A stretch of 64,000 nt of DNA from Trueperaceae bacterium (GTDB lineage Bacteria; Deinococcota; Deinococci; Deinococcales; Trueperaceae). Made by a program: the position numbers and the translations under genes. Positions 49,923 to 61,804 of the stretch are shown one piece after another (the stretch's first letter is position 1; each line of letters starts with the position of its first letter). Below the pieces are notes generated by a model. It worked only from the letters and a program-made list of their open reading frames with translations, ran no database searches and had not been told where the DNA came from. The stretch is from NCBI GenBank assembly GCA_034521815.1, contig JAXHLW010000013.1, forward strand, positions 832,001 to 896,000, read 5' to 3'.

Positions 49923-52900
49923 GTGGCCGACCATGGACCGGTCTCGATTCATCACCGTCCACTGGCCGAACTCGCGCGCGACGTCCGCACGAACGCCATC
50001 TTCACGATCGACGTGGGCGGCACGATCGGCTCCTGGAACGAGGGCGTGAAGTCGTTGCTCGGTTACGACGAGCACGAGTTCATAGGGATGCCGTTCGGCC
50101 TGCTCTTCACAGGCGAGGACCGGGACGCCGGCGTCCCTCGCCGCGTGCTCGACGAGGCGATCGCCCAGGGCGAGGCTCAGGGCGAGCGATGGCACGTCAA
50201 GAAGAGCGGCGAGCGCTGTTGGATCAACGGCCTGGTCACCACCGTTCGTGACGAGCACGGCCAGCCGTGCGGCTTCGTGAAGATCGTGCGGGACCAGACC
50301 GACACGATGCGGGCGGAAGGTCGCCTGTACGAGAGCGAAGAACGGTTCGCCAAAGCGTTCCGCAGCAGCCCCACCCCTCTCGCCATCATGCGCCTGCCGA
50401 CCGGCGAGCTGACCGACCTGAACGAAGCGTTCACGCGCAGCTTCGGACGGCCGCACGACGACCTTGAAGGCATGACGCTCGCACGGCTGCTGCCCCACGA
50501 TGCCGGCTACGTGGCGAAGGACATCCTGGACGACCTTCACAGCGGTCGTCCGATCCGGCGCGAGGCCACGTTCGGTCGAACCTCGGACGGCACGCGGCAC
50601 GGCACCTTCGCATTCGAGCCCGTCGTGATCGCCGGCGAGCCGCACGCGGTGATGTCGGTGCACGACGTGACCGACCGGCGCGCGGCACGCGACGACGTCG
50701 AGCGGCAGAAGGCGATCGTAGAGGGCATCCTCGCGACCCTTCCCGGCGTGTTCTACATGGTCGAGGAGAGCGACCCGCGAAGGCTGGTCCGCTGGAACGA
50801 CGAGCTCGAGCGCGTCACCGGCTACACCGCAGCCGAGCTCATCGGCATGCGGGTCGCGAAGCTCGTCGTCGAGGAGGACCTCGGCGCCAGGGACATCGTG
50901 GCCGGCCTCGCAGGGCGACGCGTCTCCATCGAGGCGCGCTTGCGCTGCAAGGACGGCACCCTCGTTCCCTACCTGTTCACCCTTCACCGCGCCGTGCTGC
51001 CCGACGGTCGATACGTCGTCGGCGTCGGGCTGAGCATCGAGAAGCAGACACGGGCCCAGGACGCCCTCGTTCGCCGTGCCCGCCAACAGGCGGCGATCTC
51101 CGACCTGGCGGAGCGCCTGCTCGAGACCACGGAGATGCACGACGCGCTCGAGCGGACGATCGAGGTCGTCGGCGACGTTCTAGGCGCCACGAACGTCCAC
51201 GTGCTCAGACTGGAGGACGACGAGCTCGTGGTCGCCAGCGCCAGCGACGTCCAGCTCGCCCAGCGGCGCGCCGAGAAGCTCGCCTCGGGGGCGGACGACG
51301 GCCTCCGAGCGGTGATCCCGGCCGCGGACGGCCGGTACGGCCTGATCGAGGCCGTTCTGGCCTCGGAGAACGATCGCGACGACGAGCAGAGCCGCTTCCT
51401 GGACACGATCGCGTCGCTGGTCGGAAGCGCCGCGGAACGGTACCGGCTTCACCGCCGCCTCGCGCACGCAGCCGAGCACGACCGGCTCACGGGACTCCCG
51501 AACCGCACGGTGATCGAGGTCCAGCTCGAGAACGCCATCGAGCGTGCCGCCCGTGTGGACGGCAAGGTCGCGGTCGCGCTCCTCGATCTGGACCGCTTCA
51601 AGACCGTGAACGACTCGCTCGGCCACTCGGCCGGCGACGACCTCTTGGCAGGCGTCGCGGACCGGCTTCGTGAGAGCGTGCGCGGAATGGACACCGTCGC
51701 GCGCCTCGGAGGGGACGAGTTCGTGATCGTCCTCCCCGAGATCGTCGACGAGGCCGAAGCGGCCCACGTCGCCGAGCGCGTCCTGACGTCGTTCGAGCAG
51801 CCGTTCGTCGTCAGCGGTCGCCAGCTGACCATCGCCACCACGCTGGGTATCGCGCTCTTCCCCGACGACGGCCAGACGGTGGACGCGCTGTTGCGGGCCG
51901 CGGACGGCGCGATGTACATGGGCAAGACGAGCGGTCGTGGCACCTACCGCTTCGCGACGGCCGAACGTGGCATGAAGGTCGGCGAGCGCCTCGAGCTCGA
52001 ACACGACCTTCGCGAGGCGCTGACGTCCGGACAGCTCGCCCTCGCCTATCAGCCGCAGATCGCGCTCGCGACCGACCGCATCGTCGTGGTCGAGGCCCTG
52101 GTCCGCTGGCACCACCCCACTCGCGGTGTGCTCTTGCCCGAGGCGTTCCTTCCGCTGGCCCACGAGATCGGGCTCGCCGCCGCGATCGACGAGTGGACCG
52201 TCCGCGAGGCTTGCGCACGGCTCCACGCGTTCGACCAGGCGTTCGACCACGCGTTCGGCCACACGTCGACCTCTCCCCTTCGGATCGCCGTGAACGTCGC
52301 GCCCCGGCACCTCGTTCAGCCCTCGTTTCCCGAGCGCATGGGCGTACTGGCCGGGGAGGCGGGCGTGTCCCCAGGGCGGATCGAGATCGAGGTGGACGAG
52401 TCCGCGCTGCTTTTGGACCGCGAGGCCGTCGCCCGTCACCTACGTGGCGTCGTCGATCACGGCTTCCGGCTCGCGCTGGACGACTTCGGGACGGCGTACG
52501 CGCCGGTGACGCTGGTCCGCTCCCTCCCGTTCGAGCGGCTCAAGATCGACGAAACCCTCGTCCACGACCTGCTTCCTGGTGATCACCAGGCGACGCCGCT
52601 GGCTGGGATCCTGATCGAGCTCGGCGCGCGTCTCGGCCTCGACGTCGTCGCCGAAGGGGTCGAGACCGCAGGGCAGCGCAGGGCGGTCGAGCGGCACGGC
52701 TGCGGCTACGCGCAAGGGCGACTGATCGCGGATCGCGCTATCGGGCGAAGAGCTCGCGCGCGTTCCTGCGTTCGACGGCGTGAGCGACAGGGCGCGCCGA
52801 TCCCTCGACTCCCGATCGACGACGCCGGCAGCCTCGCCATCAGTTCAGCTCGTCCAGCGTCAGGCGGAAGCTCGGACCGAACGTGTCCAGGAACGCCCGC

Positions 52901-53027
52901 ACAGCCGGGTCGGGATGCGCGTCGAGCTCGGCCCGGAGCGTCTCCTCGGCCCGTCCGAACTCGGCGTTGCCCGCCTTGTGCTCCTCGACGCACTTCAGGT
53001 AGGCGCAGATCTTGTCCGCCGCCTTGA
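49923..53027 (+). CDS. PAS-PAS-PAS-GAF-GGDEF-EAL c-di-GMP signalling protein; the tail after about 52735 is probably a frameshift artefact
   Basis: PAS (SWNEG, VKIVRD), HDRLTGLPNR, DLDRFKTVND, RLGGDEF, VEALVRW, LDDFGT, VVAEGVET; TATGAT box before GTG. Confidence 0.9.
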   Translation: MADHGPVSIHHRPLAELARDVRTNAIFTIDVGGTIGSWNEGVKSLLGYDEHEFIGMPFGLLFTGEDRDAGVPRRVLDEAIAQGEAQGERWHVKKSGERCWINGLVTTVRDEHGQPCGFVKIVRDQTDTMRAEGRLYESEERFAKAFRSSPTPLAIMRLPTGELTDLNEAFTRSFGRPHDDLEGMTLARLLPHDAGYVAKDILDDLHSGRPIRREATFGRTSDGTRHGTFAFEPVVIAGEPHAVMSVHDVTDRRAARDDVERQKAIVEGILATLPGVFYMVEESDPRRLVRWNDELERVTGYTAAELIGMRVAKLVVEEDLGARDIVAGLAGRRVSIEARLRCKDGTLVPYLFTLHRAVLPDGRYVVGVGLSIEKQTRAQDALVRRARQQAAISDLAERLLETTEMHDALERTIEVVGDVLGATNVHVLRLEDDELVVASASDVQLAQRRAEKLASGADDGLRAVIPAADGRYGLIEAVLASENDRDDEQSRFLDTIASLVGSAAERYRLHRRLAHAAEHDRLTGLPNRTVIEVQLENAIERAARVDGKVAVALLDLDRFKTVNDSLGHSAGDDLLAGVADRLRESVRGMDTVARLGGDEFVIVLPEIVDEAEAAHVAERVLTSFEQPFVVSGRQLTIATTLGIALFPDDGQTVDALLRAADGAMYMGKTSGRGTYRFATAERGMKVGERLELEHDLREALTSGQLALAYQPQIALATDRIVVVEALVRWHHPTRGVLLPEAFLPLAHEIGLAAAIDEWTVREACARLHAFDQAFDHAFGHTSTSPLRIAVNVAPRHLVQPSFPERMGVLAGEAGVSPGRIEIEVDESALLLDREAVARHLRGVVDHGFRLALDDFGTAYAPVTLVRSLPFERLKIDETLVHDLLPGDHQATPLAGILIELGARLGLDVVAEGVETAGQRRAVERHGCGYAQGRLIADRAIGRRARARSCVRRRERQGAPIPRLPIDDAGSLAISSARPASGGSSDRTCPGTPAQPGRDARRARPGASPRPVRTRRCPPCAPRRTSGRRRSCPPP

Positions 53028-53418
53028 CGCAGGCCCAGGCGTCGTCGTCCTCCACGGCGGCGAAGAACAGAGCCTCGTAATCGTCCTTCAGGTCGTCCGG
53101 AACCATCCGCAGCAAACGGTCCTTGGCCACCGCGGCCAAGCCGTCGATCGCCTCGGCGACCTGGGGGTTGAAGTACTTGATCGGGGTGGGCAGGTCACCG
53201 GTGATGACCTCTTCGGCATCGTGGAACACCGCCAGCAGCGCCGTACGTTCGGGGTCGACGGTCCCGCCGAAGCGGCGATTGCGCAGCAGCGCCAGCGCAT
53301 GGGCGATCATCGCGACCTGCAGGCTGTGCTCCTGGATGTTCTCGGGGAGCGTGTTGCGCATCAGTCCCCAGCGTTGGATGAGCTTCATTCGGGCCAGGTA
53401 TGCGAAGTAGTGACTCAC
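52840..53418 (-). CDS. yfbR: 5'-deoxynucleotidase YfbR, HD domain
   Basis: SHYFAYLARMKLIQRW.LMRN, ENIQEHS, FHDAEEVITGDLPTPIKY, KAADKICAYLKC; TATGCT 7 nt before GTG. Confidence 0.92.
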   Translation of the reverse strand: MSHYFAYLARMKLIQRWGLMRNTLPENIQEHSLQVAMIAHALALLRNRRFGGTVDPERTALLAVFHDAEEVITGDLPTPIKYFNPQVAEAIDGLAAVAKDRLLRMVPDDLKDDYEALFFAAVEDDDAWACVKAADKICAYLKCVEEHKAGNAEFGRAEETLRAELDAHPDPAVRAFLDTFGPSFRLTLDELN

Positions 53419-53498
53419 GGGGCCGAGCATACTCGGGCGTGAGGGATGCCATTGACGACCCCCCTGGCCCCGCGTATCGTTCCGGCAAGGAGGCTCTC

Positions 53499-53855
53499 GT
53501 GAAGCGACTCGTCTGGATCCCGCTGCTGGCCCTGCTGGCCCTCACGGCCTGCGCGCCCAGCGCTGCGGTCGTGAACAACGTCGTCCCCACGCTCATCTCG
53601 GTCCAGCTGCCGCAGGACGGTGGTCCGGTCCAGCTCCAAGGCCGCTACTTCGGCGACGGTCAAGGTGGCCAGGCCGAGGACAGCTACGTCGTCATCGGCG
53701 CGAAGAGCGACTGCACCGGCGGTGTTCGCGTCCCGGCGGACAGCTGGAGCTCGAGCCGCATCACGTTCACCGATCCGGGCGGCGTGGGCTACGGCTTCGT
53801 CTGCGTCGTTTCGGCGGGCACCGTCAGCAACGGCATGCCTCTCGACCTGAACTGA
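53499..53855 (+). CDS. Small lipoprotein with IPT/TIG-like fold
   Basis: LTAC lipobox, LQGRYFG, SWSSSRITF, SNGMP; AAGGAGG SD. Confidence 0.75.
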   Translation: MKRLVWIPLLALLALTACAPSAAVVNNVVPTLISVQLPQDGGPVQLQGRYFGDGQGGQAEDSYVVIGAKSDCTGGVRVPADSWSSSRITFTDPGGVGYGFVCVVSAGTVSNGMPLDLN

Positions 53856-53937
53856 CCGCGCGTAGCAAGAAGCGTCGCTCGTGCAGCGATCGACGCGAGA
53901 GAACGATTCGAGTGAACGACGCGAATGAACGACGCGT

Positions 53938-53961
53938 AGGGGCCCGCCACGGCGGGCCCCT
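53938..53961. terminator. Hairpin (putative terminator)
   Basis: AGGGGCCCGC-CACG-GCGGGCCCCT. Confidence 0.65.
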
Positions 53962-54024
53962 TCGCATCCCCACGCCGTGCCGTGCGGTCGCGGCCGCCCC
54001 CGGACGGACGTGTATGCTCTCCGG

Positions 54025-55284
54025 GTGATTCGGAGCCGTGCCGTGAAAGGCACCTACGACGTCCTGCCCGAGCGACGTGCCGCCTGGCTGCGACTGCGGG
54101 ACGCGACCGATCGCGTCCTCGGCCGCGCCGGCGTGCGCGAGATCGTCACCCCCGTGTTCGAGCACAGCGAGGTGTTCGACAAGTCGGTCGGCGAGTCGGC
54201 CGACCTCGTCGTGCAGAAGGAGATGTACAGGTTCGAGGACCGTGGGGGCAGGAGCCTCACCCTCCGTCCCGAGTTCACGGCGGGCGTGCTGCGCGCCTAC
54301 GTCGAGCACGGGATGCACACCCGCCCCTCCCCCGTCAAGCTGTGGAGCCTCGGACCGGCGTTCCGGGCCGAGAACGTGCAGCGCGGCAGGTTCCGTCAGT
54401 TCCACCAGGTGAACTGCGAGCTGCTCGGGCTTCCCGGCCCGCTGGTCGACGCCGAAGCGATCGCCTTGCTGCACGATCTGCTCGCAGAGCTGGGGCTCGG
54501 CGGCCTGCGCGTCGCGCTCGGAAGCGTCGGCGACCCCGAGGATCGCGACGCGTACAACGCCTACCTTCAGGACGCGCTCGCGCCGTACGAAGGCGACCTG
54601 TCCGAAACCAGCCGCGAGCGTCTGCGCCTGAACCCGATGCGCGTCCTGGACAGCAAGGACCCCAACGATCAGGCGCTGCTCGCCGATCTCGACAAGCCGC
54701 TGGACCGCCTGGGCCACGACGCTCGCGAGCACCTGGACGGCGTCGCCCGCTACCTGGCCGACTGGGGGATCGCGTTCGACCTGGCGCCCGCCATCGTGCG
54801 CGGACTGGACTACTACCGCCGGACCGCGTTCGAGATCCATGCCGAGGGGATCGGCGCGCAGTCGGCGCTGGCCGGCGGCGGCCGCTACGACGGGCTGGTC
54901 GCCTCGCTGGGCGGACCGCCCACGCCGGGCATCGGCTGGGCGCTGGGCGTCGAGCGCGTGCTGGACGCGATGGAGGCCGCGGGCACGCTGCCCGCCGCCG
55001 AGCCCGGGCCCGACCTGTTCCTCGTCCCCATGGACGAGCAGGCGATCGACGAGGCCGCGGCGCTGGCCCGCCGGCTGAGGAGCGAGCTGCACGTCGAGCA
55101 CGCCTACGTCAGGCGCGCACCGGGCAAGGGCCTGCGCGACGCCGACCGGGCCGGTGCCCGCTGGGCCGCGCTTCGCGGCGAGCGGGAGCGCGAGCGTGGC
55201 GTCTGGGCCGTGAAGCACCTCGCCCGAGGCGAACAGCGAGACGTGGACGAAGCGGCGCTGGCTGCCGCCGTCCTGGAGGACTGA
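54025..55284 (+). CDS. hisS: Histidine--tRNA ligase
   Basis: VKGTYD, KEMY.F.D, LRPEFTA, FRAENVQRGRFRQFHQ, VRGLDYY, GGGRYD. Confidence 0.97.
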   Translation: MIRSRAVKGTYDVLPERRAAWLRLRDATDRVLGRAGVREIVTPVFEHSEVFDKSVGESADLVVQKEMYRFEDRGGRSLTLRPEFTAGVLRAYVEHGMHTRPSPVKLWSLGPAFRAENVQRGRFRQFHQVNCELLGLPGPLVDAEAIALLHDLLAELGLGGLRVALGSVGDPEDRDAYNAYLQDALAPYEGDLSETSRERLRLNPMRVLDSKDPNDQALLADLDKPLDRLGHDAREHLDGVARYLADWGIAFDLAPAIVRGLDYYRRTAFEIHAEGIGAQSALAGGGRYDGLVASLGGPPTPGIGWALGVERVLDAMEAAGTLPAAEPGPDLFLVPMDEQAIDEAAALARRLRSELHVEHAYVRRAPGKGLRDADRAGARWAALRGERERERGVWAVKHLARGEQRDVDEAALAAAVLED

Positions 55285-55286
55285 TC

Positions 55287-57094
<1,808 letters not shown>

Positions 57095-57098
<4 letters not shown>

Positions 57099-57910
57099 TT
57101 CCGCTCGTGATCCTCGACCTCGACGGAACGTTGATCGGCGCCTCGGGACAGGTCGAGCCGTGCGTGTGGCAGGCGGCCGAGCGCGCGCGCGAAGCGGGCG
57201 TTCGACTGGCGGTCTGCACCGGCCGGCCCGGGTTCGGCGTCGCGGCCAAGGTCGCGCGGCGGCTCGATCCCGACACGCCCCACATCTTCCAGAACGGCGC
57301 GCAGGTGACGTACCTCGACGGCGACACGATCCAGGTCAGCGCGCTGCGCGAACAGGCGACACTGCACCTGGTGCGTCGCGCCCGCGAACTGAACGTGGTC
57401 CTCGAGATCTACACCCCCGACAGCCTCTACGTCGAGCGCCGCACCGACATCAGCGAGGCGCACGCCAAGATGATCGGCGTGAACGCGATCGTGCGCGACC
57501 TGGCCGAGGTGGCCAGCAGCGAGCCGGTCGTCCGCGCCCAGTGGGTGGTCCAGCCGGACCGCCTCCAGGCCGTGCTGGACGTCGAGGTCGATCGCGTCCA
57601 CGCCAGCGTCGCGACGAGCCCGGCGCTGGCCGACACGTACTTCGTCAGCCTGACCCGCGCCGGCGTCGACAAGGGAAGCGCGGTGCGGCTGCTGGCCGAG
57701 AAGCTGGAGGTCGACCCGGCCCGCGTCATGGCGATCGGCGACAGCCCCGGCGATCTGTCGATGCTCGAGGCGGTCGGCCATCCACGCGTGATGGCCAGCG
57801 GCGACCCGGAGGTCGTAGCGCGCTGGCCCGACGGAACGCTGCCCGGCGTGGAGGCGTGCGGAGCGGCCGAGGCGCTGGACGCCGCGATCCGAATGCGGGC
57901 TCGGTCCTGA
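57095..57910 (+). CDS. Cof-type HAD-IIB hydrolase
   Basis: [28 protein letters not shown]. Confidence 0.9.
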
Positions 57911-57927
57911 CGGGTAGACTCCCCGCC

Positions 57928-59229
<1,302 letters not shown>

Positions 59230-59236
59230 AGCGCGA

Positions 59237-59821
59237 TCAGTCCAGGCTCGCCGGCACCGTCAGGCCACCCAGCCACGCATCGACGGCCCGGCCCTCGCGC
59301 AGGTAGGCGATACGGTCGACGCCCTGTTCGAACAGGGTGCGCTCCAGCGAGGCCACGATCCCTCGTGCCGTGCCGACATCCAGGCGTGCTCCGTGGGCCG
59401 GCAGGTCCAGGACGACCACCGATTCGCGCTCGATCTCGAGCCTGAACACCCGCGGTGCGGGAAGCGCCTCCGGCCACGCCCCGGCGTCCATCATCACGGC
59501 CCGTACCTCGTCCACGACTCGCTGCATGCGCAGGCCGGCGTCCTCGGCCTCGGCGATCTCGCGAACGACCGGTCGCGCCAGCTCGTCGTCGACGTGGTAC
59601 ACGACCACCTCGACGAGCTCCGAGGCGTCGTCGGTTCCCGCCGTCGCGGTCAGGTCGGGGGGCGGAGGGACGGTGGGCGGTCCCGAGCGCACGAGGTACG
59701 CCGACGAAGCCAGGAGGGCGAGGAGGGGCAGGAGCACCTGCGGCGACCTCCAGCGCACGCGCGTTCCAGGCGTGTGCAGCTCTCCCCTATGGGCGTCTCC
59801 GGGCGTACCTCCATACGACAT
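59237..59821 (-). CDS. GerMN-like membrane-anchored protein
   Basis: TM helix; VVLDL...SLERTL...V..L..G pattern; coupled to the amidase-like gene. Confidence 0.55.
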   Translation of the reverse strand: MSYGGTPGDAHRGELHTPGTRVRWRSPQVLLPLLALLASSAYLVRSGPPTVPPPPDLTATAGTDDASELVEVVVYHVDDELARPVVREIAEAEDAGLRMQRVVDEVRAVMMDAGAWPEALPAPRVFRLEIERESVVVLDLPAHGARLDVGTARGIVASLERTLFEQGVDRIAYLREGRAVDAWLGGLTVPASLD

Positions 59822-61224
59822 CAGCGAGCCCCGGCCGCCGCGCTTCCGAGGGCGGTCGCGAGCGCCGCCGGGAACTCGGGCGACGCCAGATCGTCCGGTC
59901 CGATCTCGATCAGCACGCCTCGTCCCGCCGCCGCGCCCAGCACCGCCAGAGGAGCCTCGCCGACGCCTCCCGCCCGGTAGCCGCCGATCTGGAACAGCGC
60001 CGAGGCCAGTGCTCGGCCCGCCCTGCGGCCGACCTCGGTATCGGGCACCAGGCCCAGCAGGATCTCGCGCCTGAGCGCGTCGGTCGGGTCGCCCCCAGCG
60101 TCGGACGGCGCGGCGTCGGCCACGGCGGCCGCAGCGTTGCGGCGAATCGCCATGTCCAGCGCCCCGATGTCGCTGGCCTCCCCGAGCACCCACAGCCGAA
60201 CCTCGCCCGGCGGAAGGTCCGCGAGCCGCATCGCGACGAACAGGTCGGCGCCGGCCGCGACCTGCATTCGCCGCTCCTGCGTGACGGGCGAGGCGCCGTC
60301 CCTTGTCAGCGCCACCTCGGCCCCGGCTTCGCGCAGGCCGTCCGCGACCGCCTCCGCCAACGTCAGAAGCGACGCGCGGACCTCGGGCGCCGCGTTCTCC
60401 TGCCCCGGGTCCAGAACCACGAGCGGGCCCTCCCCGGCCCGGACCGCGGTGTCGCTCGTCTCGGGCGAAGGCGTCGCCCGGATCCGCAGATCGGTCGCGT
60501 CGCCGTCGGCCAGCGCGATCACGTCGATCACCGTGTCGGGCGCGTCGATGCGAATGCGGACGCCGCCCTCCCCTTGAAACAGGTCCACACGCTCCATCCG
60601 CTGGCCCCGGAAGGTGCGGGCCCGAGCCGCGTCGGCACGGCGCAACAGCAGCTCGGTCCGGCCCGCCGCCGGATCGTCGAAGCGGGTCCACGACACGGGG
60701 GCGTCGAGATCCACGCGGAGCGTCTCGACCTCGTCACGGACGGTCAGGTCCGACGCGGTGACGTTCGCGCGGGGCGTGACCACCACGACGGTGCTCTCGG
60801 CCGGCAGGAACCCGACGTGCGCTCCGAGCGCCCGGGCGATCAGGGCGACCGGCCCCCAGACCGCATCGTCGCCGCGGATCGCCGCGAGATCGCCGTAGCT
60901 CACGCCGTCGCGACGCACCGCGCCGGACACCGCGGCGCTGGTGCCCTGCTCGACGACGTCGATCACCACGACGTGACCGCCCAGCGTGAGTGCCGCGCTG
61001 TCGCCGCCGACCGGCGCGGCCAGGCGAGCCCCGAGCCCCGCGGCCAGGCGATCCAGCGGCGCGTAGGCGGTGCCGGCGACGAGATCGGTCCGGGCCTCGC
61101 CCAGAGGCCGGCCGTCCACCCGCAACGACGCCTGCGCCGTCGCGACGGAGGCGACGGACACCAGGCACGCGACGAGAAGGGCGAGAGCCGGCACGATCGT
61201 CCGGCGCCGGGGGCAGCCGCTCAC
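59821..61224 (-). CDS. N-acetylmuramoyl-L-alanine amidase (Amidase_3)-like protein with AMIN-like region, Zn ligands lost
   Basis: Signal peptide; VVLDPGQ, VALTRD, ADLFVAMR, APLAVL, VLIEIG. Confidence 0.75.
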   Translation of the reverse strand: MSGCPRRRTIVPALALLVACLVSVASVATAQASLRVDGRPLGEARTDLVAGTAYAPLDRLAAGLGARLAAPVGGDSAALTLGGHVVVIDVVEQGTSAAVSGAVRRDGVSYGDLAAIRGDDAVWGPVALIARALGAHVGFLPAESTVVVVTPRANVTASDLTVRDEVETLRVDLDAPVSWTRFDDPAAGRTELLLRRADAARARTFRGQRMERVDLFQGEGGVRIRIDAPDTVIDVIALADGDATDLRIRATPSPETSDTAVRAGEGPLVVLDPGQENAAPEVRASLLTLAEAVADGLREAGAEVALTRDGASPVTQERRMQVAAGADLFVAMRLADLPPGEVRLWVLGEASDIGALDMAIRRNAAAAVADAAPSDAGGDPTDALRREILLGLVPDTEVGRRAGRALASALFQIGGYRAGGVGEAPLAVLGAAAGRGVLIEIGPDDLASPEFPAALATALGSAAAGAR

Positions 61225-61225
61225 C

Positions 61226-61657
61226 TCACCGCTCCAGGTAGCGGTCGATCTGCCGCTTGGCGTCCTTCTCGGCTTCGTAGCGACGCTTGTCGTGCCGCTT
61301 GCGGCCGCGCGCCAGGGCGATCTCGACCTTCGCCCAGCCGCCCTTGAAGTACAGCTTGGTGGGTACGCAGGTCAGGCCGCCGCGCTCCAGGCCGCGCTCG
61401 ATCTCGATGATCTCGCGCTTGGAGAGCAGCAGCTTGCGGCGGCGGAGCGGCTCGTGGTTGTTGTAGCTGGCCTGCTCGTAGGGCGGAATCGTCATGCCCT
61501 CGAGCCAGATCTCGTGCTTGGCGGCGCGCACGTACGCCTCGGCCAGGCTGCCGCCGCCCTTCCGGAGCGACTTGACCTCGCTGCCGGTGAGTCGCAGACC
61601 GGCCTCGTAGCGGTCCAGAAGCTCGTAGTCGTACTTCGCGCGTCGATTGCTCAGCAT
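61226..61657 (-). CDS. smpB: SsrA-binding protein
   Basis: NRRAKYDY, EAGL.L.GSEVKSLR, RKLLL, RGRKRHDKR. Confidence 0.97.
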   Translation of the reverse strand: MLSNRRAKYDYELLDRYEAGLRLTGSEVKSLRKGGGSLAEAYVRAAKHEIWLEGMTIPPYEQASYNNHEPLRRRKLLLSKREIIEIERGLERGGLTCVPTKLYFKGGWAKVEIALARGRKRHDKRRYEAEKDAKRQIDRYLER

Positions 61658-61737
61658 ACGTTCCCCTTCGTCATGGTAGCTGCCGCGAATGAGAAGCCGC
61701 GTGCCCGGGCTCGCGGACCGACGGGACGGCGCGTGAC

Positions 61738-61792
61738 CGGGCAGAGGCGGCGCGAAATCGGGCAGAGGCGGCGCGAGGTCGGGCAGAGACGG
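61738..61792. repeat. 21-bp tandem repeat CGGGCAGAGGCGGCGCGA(A/G)(A/G)T, about 2.6 copies
   Basis: Read directly; just downstream of the priA stop. Confidence 0.8.
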
Positions 61793-61804
61793 ACGGACAC
61801 CAGG

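Noticed and set aside
48288-53027. Prophage, integron or ICE around the recombinase
   Set aside because: No phage or conjugation genes, attC-like cassettes or tRNA-derived att duplication seen; flanks are housekeeping genes
52840-53027. Real 188-bp overlap between the EAL gene and yfbR
   Set aside because: The tail after QGRLIA loses EAL similarity and is best explained by a frameshift near 52735
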